A DNA stretch of 64,000 bases from Bilabrum cf. latius (Eukaryota): the NCBI GenBank assembly GCA_965178125.1, contig OZ237752.1, forward strand, positions 682,001 through 746,000, read 5' to 3'. Position numbers and translations under genes: made by a program. Below are positions 53,793 to 61,874 of the stretch, piece by piece (the stretch's first letter is position 1; every line of letters begins with the position of its first letter). The notes under the pieces were generated by a model. The model saw only the letters and a list, made by a program, of their open reading frames with translations, was not told the DNA's origin and made no database searches.

Positions 53793-56700
53793 ATGCAAGG
53801 CGAGGATTCCAACCCAGCCATCCCCATGCACCCCGTGGCCATGGGGGAGCAGCCGCAGCTGCAAGGCGGCAGCCAGGGTGCCATGCAGCCCTAGGGCGTG
53901 GTTGCTGTCAGCACAGGGCACGAGATGCCAATAGGTAGCTCTTCGTCCATGGTCCCGTCTTCGGCCTCTTACGCCCAGGCCGTGCCCGCTTCTATGCCTC
54001 TCGCCAGCAGTGGCCATCACGGGCACCAGCACCAGCACCAGCAGCAGCACCAGCAGCAGCACCAGCACCAGCAGCAGCAGTACATGCAGCCAATGCATCT
54101 AGATGGTTTACCGCCGCTTCCTACATCATTGAGCGGATTCGTGGGTGAGGATCCGATGGTTGGTCTGCAGCAGCAGCAATAGCAGCAGCAGCAGTCGCGC
54201 GGCATGCGCCAGAGCCGTTCCAACTAGACGCTCGGTGCTGCGGCTGCAATCCTCGGGATGTCTGAGCTGCTGCAGCAGTCTCACAGCCAGCCCCACGCTT
54301 CGGCCTCCACCTCCTCGTCCTCCTCCTTGTCCGCTTCGGTGGCCTTGACCCAGGGTCAGCAGGGTCAGCCGTTGTTCCAGGCATCGTCAGGGAGTGCAGG
54401 TCCCGCGGGTCTCCTCGCCCATGGGCTGCTTGGGCCAGGCTTGGGCATCGCGGCAAGCACCGCGAGCACCCGATTGCGCCAGGCAGAGGAGGCTACAATC
54501 AACGTGATTAGCGGCCAGGGCACTGGAGATGGTACGAGTGGCGGGAGCGGTGGCGGGGCCGGGGGCAGAAGCAGCGGCCGGCGCGGTGCTGCCAGCAGGC
54601 GCAAGTCAGGGGGGAGGGGAGACGAGGGGTCTGGAGGGGGCAGGGCATCGAGCAGGAAGCGAAGGTTCCTTTGGGACGATCTCCTGCATCGTAGGTTCGT
54701 CGGTGCGATCTTCGATTTTGGCACGCGGCACGCCACTCCCAAGGCTCTCTTCCAGCTGATGCAGCCGGCCCCCTCCCACATGACCTCCGATCACATCAAG
54801 AGCCACCTTCAAAAGTACAGGGCGAACTACGGGAGGTCCAGGGACGCCTTCTTGCTCGAGTACGAGCGAGCGCTGAGGGAGTCGAGGGCGAGGGCGCAAG
54901 AGATCGAGCTGAGGACAGGGGTGACGCCCTTCCCGCCGGGTTTTAGCACCTTCCCGGTGCAGATGCCACCGCACATGCAAAGTGGGGCACAGCCGGCGCA
55001 CAATATGGCAGGTGACCTGCCCGCCTCCGTGCGCGCCACCTTGGAGAAGAGCAAGTCAGGTCCCAACGAGGGAGATTACGGGGTGCAGGCCATCCTGCAG
55101 GGAGGGGCGAAGAAGGGAGCCTCCCAGGGACTAGAGCCACTCACAGTGCAGGATTCCGTGGGACTAAGTGCGATGGGCCGGCAGCAGCAGCAGCAGTCGA
55201 TGGGCAGCTCTGACGATGCTGGAACTTTAGGGAGCAGGTCACGCAGGGGCCCTTCGAGCGCCGCATCGGGGAGGAACACCGCAAGTACAGCTGGTGGCAA
55301 AGGCAAGAGCAGCGGCGTAGGAGGCCCCTCTGTACTGGACCGCACGGGGCAGACAGACCTGCGAGCCCCGGCGCAATCTGCACTTGCTCTGCACTCTGCA
55401 GACGTGCACAGCCGGGCCCTGCACGACCCAGGTGTGCCCCTTGCAGATGCGTGGCAAAGCCTGCAGGGCGGGCTAGGGCCCGCTGAGACCGCTGTGGGTG
55501 CGGTGGACCACGCGTTGGGCGAGTTCATGAAGGCTTCCTCAGAGCAGGGCGGGGCAGGATCAACAGCTGCGGCGGCAGCGGCTGCCATGAAAGCCAGGCA
55601 GGTTGCTGCGATGGCGCAGGCCCGGGTGAAGGAACTGCTGCACCGCATTGCTGCCGCTGCCGACGATCTGGAGGAGGCCACTCGCCGTGCAATCGCCATG
55701 CAGCTGCCCGACGGTGCCGTGGCGCCCTTCCCGCCCCACCTGTACTGCGACCCACTCAGAGCCTCTAGGCTGGCGCAGGAGGACCTGTCCGACGTGGTGC
55801 CCAGGCTTGATGCGGCTGCACTCGCGGGCATATACGGGAACGATTCGCTGCCTGGGGCCAATGAAGAGGGGCAGCGGATTCGCAGCAGCCTTGCTGAGCT
55901 GCCCAGGTCCGTGGCCTGTGAGAGGGCTGGTTCGCAGTCGGGGGCGGTGGGTGCCGGATGGGGCCGGTCGGGCGCGGCGATTCGTGGTGACTTGGCATCG
56001 GCGCAATCTGCAGCCAGGCTTGGCGCCCGCGCGTCAGCAGAAGCAGGGTTGGGGACTCTGCCCATGCTGGGTGCCCTCCCGACCGCCTCGGGTGTCCCTG
56101 CCCTGTCGGCTCCGCCGCCGGGCTCCAACGTGTCTGCCAACGCATCGAGGAGTGCGATCTCTGGATCCGTGGGGACAAGCATGTCTTCCATTAGCGTTGG
56201 CACGTCGACGGCGTCCGGTGGGCAGCAGCAGCAGCAGGCGGGGGTGAGCCCCACGGCGGTGTACGAGGCAGGCAGGATGAGGGATGCTGCCAGGGCTGCC
56301 GTCCCACCGCAGTTCCAGCAGGACTGGCAGCGTCCTGGGGGGCCTTCGAGCGGCAACCCAGAGCAGGCAGCCAATGCAGCCAGGAAGGCGAGTGCCAGGA
56401 TCGGGAGCAAGCGGGCCCGCTCGTTGGAGGGCAAGGCGCAGGCGCAGGGTGGCGGCACCGCGATGCACGGGGACGCGGGGGCGAGAGGCGGTGGTGAGTC
56501 GCCCTAGCACCAGCAAGGCAGCTAGTCGCAGACCAGGCCGCGCGGTGAGTCGCAAGGGACTCTCAAGCTGCCCAACCCGCAGGAGCGCACGGCCGGGTCT
56601 GGCGCAGTCGGGAGCGCCTCGAGCGCAGATGGCACCAGAGCAGGCGTTGCGGACACGCGAGTCACCGTACCAGGGGGGTCACAGGGCAGGGCAGCGAAGA

Positions 56701-58247
56701 AGAGGAAGACGGAGAGCGGCGGCGCGGCAGGGCAGCAGGAGCTGCTCGCCGCCACTGACGGAGGAGAGAGCGTGGCCTCTGACGGCGCGCCGCTCCCGTT
56801 GCATCCCGACGTGCTTGAGGGACTGCAGGGTGCCAGCGATCTGCCGCTGGAAGAATTGTCGAAGCGGATGGCGCGCGCGAGGATGACCCACGCGGTCATT
56901 CGGCAGAGGGCGGAAGGCCAGTTTGTCCAGTACGGCGGCGCGGCGCCCGCGTTCACAGGAGCCGAGGCACCAGACGAAAGGGCTCTGCAGGCGGGCGGCT
57001 TGCAACAGGGCGCTGCTGGGAGCGGCGACAACCCCCTGGGTCACCTCCAGGGGCCCGATCGGGGCCCCAGCTCAGTGGACATGTCTTCTGGAGCAAGTGT
57101 GGCGTCCCGCGAGGGCGCAGAGTCCCAGACACGCCGCGGGGGGCTGGGCCTGGATATGGACGACTCCTCCCAGTCGATGCCATTCGCGACCACCACTGCC
57201 TCCTCCTCTTCCTCCGGGCCGTCGTCTTCCTCTATCCCCTCATAGTCATAGTCGGGACCGTCATCGATGCAGCAGGCCCCGCTGATTTCAGGTGTTGGCG
57301 GGGCAGACGGCCAGGGAACAAGCGGGCCCATCGGGCTGCACAGCCAGGTCGCAGCGGAAGTGCTGCGGCACGTGCAATCGCAAGAACACCACGCAAATGC
57401 TGGCAATGGCGCTGGCAATGGCTCGGCCAGAGGCCAGGACCCGTCGGGGGCCTCGTCTAGGACGGGCAGCGAGCATGGCTCGGCAGCAAGCGGCGCAGTG
57501 CGTGCAACGGCGTCGGTGTCCAACACACTCATGTCTGCCGGCAGCGGCGGCATTCGAGCTGGCGGCAGGGCGCGGGCGCTCTCAATCGGGTCTGACGTGC
57601 TGGGCGATTCGTCGAGCGGACACTACCACCTCGCGGAGCAGTACGCCCCTGGCAGCCCCGTGGCCATGGGAGGCCCCGAGGGGCGTGTGGGCGGGGAGGA
57701 CTAGGGGTCAGGTGAGAGGCACCTGCAGCACCAGCACGATGAATCGCGTCCGGAGGCCCCTCCATCCCCCGTGACCTTGATGCAGGAGTCGGCGAAGAAC
57801 AGCGCGGCCGCAGGCTCTGCTTCAACCTCGCCCACTGAGAGCAGGACAGGAGGCCGGGGGCGGGGCTAGCTGCAGGGCAAAACCGGTCGCGGACGAGGGC
57901 GAGGGCGGGGCAGGGGCAGGGGTAGGGGTCGAGGGGCGAGCGGGCCGGCAGCCCCCGAGGTGCTGGACGACCTGACGGGTCTGGAAGGGTACGCGAAGAG
58001 CAGCGGTGCAGCGGACGAGGAGGAGGACGAAGCCGACCTGTTCGCTTGGCTCGGGTCGGACCCGCAGCCCGGCAGCACTGGCTACGACAAAGACGTGGCC
58101 TGGCAGCTCCCGGCTTAGCCACCGAGCAGGGCAGGCAGCTTGGAGCAGGCCCCCGGGGAGGAACCGGCGGGCCCCAGCGGCCACCAGACTGGCCCCCCCG
58201 CTGCTACTTCGGGCTTCGTGGGTGAGGATGACGATGAGGGTGATTGA
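53793..58247 (+). CDS. SHLQKYR-class MYB (GARP; PHR1/PSR1-like) transcription factor, ~1480 aa; 5' end uncertain (frame open from 53670)
   Basis: Domain RKRRFLWDDLLHRRFVGAIFDFGTRHATPKALFQLMQ...MTSDHIKSHLQKYR. Also polyQ/H tracts, an NLS-like AKKRK, a (GR)8 tract and acidic DEEEDEADLFAWL. Ten in-frame TAG; TGA at 58245. Confidence 0.85.
54024..54194 (+). repeat. CAG/CAC trinucleotide tracts encoding polyQ/H, including CAG CAG CAG CAA TAG CAG CAG CAG CAG
   Basis: Read directly at 54024-54080 and 54168-54194. Confidence 0.9.
57885..57935 (+). repeat. (Gly-Arg)8 coding repeat in the MYB protein tail
   Basis: ggt cgc gga cga ggg cga ggg cgg ggc agg ggc agg ggt agg ggt cga ggg. Mixed synonymous codons suggest the repeat is kept at the protein level. 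Confidence 0.8.
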
Positions 58248-58475
58248 GCGGTCGCTGCGAGATGTGCAGGGGCAGGCAGATGTCCCGTGTGTTGGGGCTG
58301 GGCAATGCGCGCTTACGGGATGGATGGAGCTAGACGGTCAAAAGCTACTCGGGATGCCATGATGTGGGTTCAGGCTAGCAGCTTGCGCAAACAACATAGC
58401 AATTTTCCACTGCATCTGCTTGGTTTCGTATCGGATTGGTGTAGAATGGCATTCGAGGAAAATCGCACCTCTTTT

Positions 58476-60074
58476 TCACAGCTTGCCTAGCCAACCGCGC
58501 AGCTACGAAAGGGCAGATGGTGGAGCCCCAAGGCCCCCTTTAGCGCCCGCCGATGGCGCTCCAGCGTCCCGTCCAGCCACAGCAGCTGCGTAAACCAGGT
58601 GATGCGCAATCGCATACGGGCCTGGTAGGAACTGCACCGGGAATTCGTCTTCATCCGTTGTCTCAGCTTCGGGAGCACTAGCTCGGGTCCCAGCGCTCGC
58701 ACCGCCCCCTGCTTCTTTCTTCCCTTTTGATGGTGGAAGACTCGTGAGGGCTCGGCCTCTTTTCAAGGCACTCAGTGCATCAGCACATGACACCCATCTA
58801 GCGGTTTGCAGCTCGGCTTTGTCCACCGTGATGGTAGGCAAAGCGTGGGTCTTGCTGCTGCTGCCGACGCCGCCTGCTCCGGCCTCAGAATCGGATTTGG
58901 AATCCGGCAGCGCCACTGCAATGCAACCGAGCATGATTTGGCCGTAAGCACCGCGGGAGACGGGCCACGGCTGCGTCTGCAGGATGTGGACGGCGCCCAC
59001 GCGGACACCGGCCTCCTCCAGCACTTCTCTCCTAACTCCCTCTTCCACTGTTTCGCAGGGGTCTAAAAATCCGGCGAGGCATGAATACATGCCCGGTGGG
59101 AATGACTTCTGACGACCCAGAAGCAGATGCTAGCCGTCTGGTGATAGCACCGCCGAGATAACAACAGGGTCTGTCCTAGGGTAGTGCGAGGCACCGCACC
59201 CCTTTGCGGCTACCACCGGCTTACCATCGTCTTCTATGGATGCGCCAAGACCCCCACTAGTAGCAGCAGAGGTGGTGCCATCGGGAGCATCTGGTTTCGC
59301 TGGATCCGGATGTCCCACGCACACTCGCTGCGTCCCGCCGTACCGAGAGGCTGTGCGACCGCCGCATTCGCTGCAAAACCCAGTTTTAGTATGCCACTAG
59401 AGCGTGGACCTGGCTGCGCCCATGAGCTGCAGCTCCTCGAGCGCATGTTGATGCTCATCGCCGTCGCTAGCATCGGCGGCTGCCGACATTTGCAGCATGA
59501 AATTCCTTGCTTGCACGGCACGCAGCTCGACGCTGCTCTTTGCCTACAGTCTGGACAAAATTTCCGATACACATGCTTTGGATGCCTCGCGCGATCTCCA
59601 CTTGACATCTGCGGCGAGGCCAGCACTGGTAGCTGCTGCACGGCGAATACTGGGAAGCCTTGACGCCTCCAGTGCAACCAAATATCCTCCATCAGTGGTA
59701 TCGGCACGGCTCTCTTTTCCAGAAAGCTAACCCATTACTACAAAAGGGGCGGAATTGGGATCTAAGTCCTGCATGCTGGAACCATCGAGACTCTCGCGAA
59801 TTGAAGACATCGAAAATCTGGCCATTCCCTTAGATTTTGCTTCGCATACAGGAGCCAGGTCAGCAAATACAACAACACGAGTCTCTGGATGATCCAAAGC
59901 ATATTGCGTAAAGTCTACGCTGTGGCGACCTGAAGAAGCACCAGCGAGTTTGTCAAGGCTTCGCCTGCTGCCAATGGCAGCTGCAAAAGGAACGCCAGCG
60001 CTGGTGTCCAGGCGCGATGCTGACATGGAAAATTGTCGTAGAACTCGCAGTCCGTGCTGCCCGGTACGAATCAT
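58476..60074 (-). CDS. NudC/NUDT12/NUDT13-family NADH pyrophosphatase (Nudix hydrolase with zinc ribbon)
   Basis: Motifs ARSTL*WHTKTGFCSECG, HYPRTDPVVI, LLLGRQKSFPPGMYSCLAGF, Nudix box ETVEEGVRREVLEEAGV, TQPWP, PGPYAIAHHL. Five in-frame TAG. Likely ATG 60074 with presequence-like MIRTGQHGLRVLRQFSMS. Ends ...WLGKL then TGA. Confidence 0.9.
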
Positions 60075-60368
60075 TCGCAGTAGCGCGTAGCTCGGGTGCT
60101 GACGTGCCACTGGTTCCGGCTCCGGGCTGCCGTCGGTCGGTGGCACAGCATGCAGCATGCTGGCGTGCGTTCCCGTCGCTGTGTGGGGTGATGAGACGCC
60201 ATTGCAGGTTAATGTCAATGGAATGAATTGCAGCGTGTCATGCTTGTGCCTGCAGCCGTACTGAGTTTGTGGGGCGCACAATCATGATGTGGCAAGGACA
60301 GCGTCGGCACACTCATCAGCCAGTGAGCCATCATGCCGCCAAGAGCCGCCAAGCAGTTCCATCCGTAA

Positions 60369-61685
60369 TCACTGCCTGTCATCGTCGCCACCCTCCCCCG
60401 CAGCAGGCGGCCCGTGCACCCCCGTGTACCTCCCATGGAACGGCCCCACCCCAGGCTTGAGGAACCCCCTGTCGTCCGGATTCTCGTCGATCGAGGCCGT
60501 CACGACGTCAATTTCGGGAAAATCAACACTGCGAATCATCAACAAGCAACAATGAAAGCTTACGATTTGGGCGTGGGTGCCTATGAGCCATTCAATGCTC
60601 GCTGTGCATCAACCAGGTAAAGGCAATGCGGCAAGGATCGTAGCGGATAGGATACCAATGATGCTGCTCTTGAGGCGAGGCACCGCAGGCCAGCCAATCA
60701 CAGCCCAACTCAGCATCACCTCACAGCGTATCGGCAACCTGCTCGCTGACAGTCACTGCCACGAGCTTGATGTTGCCCTGCTCCACTCCCCTGCTTTCCA
60801 GGGCACGGATCGTGGCGCGGAGCCCCTCGGGGTTCGCCACGACAGCGTCAATCAGGATGCAAGTGCGGTCGGCGATGTCTTCCGGGGTGTCAATCTTCAC
60901 CACCTTGCCCTACTGGCCCTCATGCAGCACCGTCGCGATGGCTATTCCCGGCATGAGCCGCTCCAGCGCCGCGCGGAGGAAGCTGCGCAGTACGACGGTG
61001 TGCACGGCAATTTTCAGTTCAAATAATTGATAGCAAGGGACGTCAAATCTCCGAAGAGTGGCCAGGCATTGCAATGTATTGGCCGTTCCTAGCCACGATT
61101 GATATCGCAACTTCGGTACACCGGTGGTTGGAACTCTAACCTGCTATCTTTGGTAATTACCACCCCAATAAACTTGTCTTCGTCTTCCAATTCTACGCCC
61201 TGATACTTATTCCCCTCCGGGGTCGTGACAACCACTTCTGATGTATCCATCGAGGCCAGGGCAGTTTCACACAGGATTGTGATCAGCCTATCGGCGAAAT
61301 GCACAAATTTACGCTCTGCAAGGTACACGAACCAGCGTATCCGTTAATAAAGCAGTACTGGCAATGTAAAGATGGCGATATACTGGCAAAAATCTCATTG
61401 CTCACGAGGGGTAGACGCGTCTCTTAATTTAGTCATGAGCAGCTGAATCTGGACATTCTCCGGCTCAAGTACGTCGATGTTTTGGTGCTTTCGCTTCCAT
61501 ATTTCAGCTTTCAATCCATCACCTATCACGCTGCAAGACTCATACGCATCGTCGGTGCTTGATTTGCGGCGGAACCAGTCGCACCGATGGTGGCTGCCAT
61601 CCCAGTACCTCGACGCAACAGACAAAGCCAGGGGTACCGAGGCAATCGCACCAAACGCTGCTCTCCGACAAGCACGGCGGTACAT
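60369..61685 (-). CDS. Uracil phosphoribosyltransferase-like protein, divergent; exons 61685-61406, 61315-61141, 60982-60725, 60528-60369
   Basis: Spliced translation includes LMTKLRDASTPQRKFVHFADRLITILCETALA...VVVTTPEGNKYQG...PEDIADRTCILIDAVVA...RGVEQGNI...FPEIDVVTASIDENPDDRGFLKPGVGPFHGRY. Three phase-compatible GT-AG introns, one in-frame TAG (60912), stop TGA. Confidence 0.8.
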
Positions 61686-61874
61686 GGTTGATGCCAGTTA
61701 ATGGATCGGCGTTGGGTCTGTAAAATTGGACTGGTGTGACGAGTTGGTTCCGGGGGTGACGTGTGTGTGGTGCATCGAATGGAGCGAGAGCGAGAATTGT
61801 TTGAGCATACTGCGGGTAGCTATTAGGCTGCTACGCTAGCGCGAATTAGCATGCCGTCCTCAAGTGGCTTCTCA

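Noticed and set aside
795-56458. Many long antisense or alternate-frame ORFs in the track (e.g. 795..1649, 11139..12191, 28066..29211, 55076..56458)
   Set aside because: They are shadows of GC-rich coding sequence, have no recognisable motifs and lie wholly within better-supported genes.
54138-58229. 15-nt direct repeat TTCGTGGGTGAGGAT (FVGED) at 54138 and 58215 in the MYB gene
   Set aside because: Only two short in-frame copies with no transposon features; chance or a minor peptide motif.
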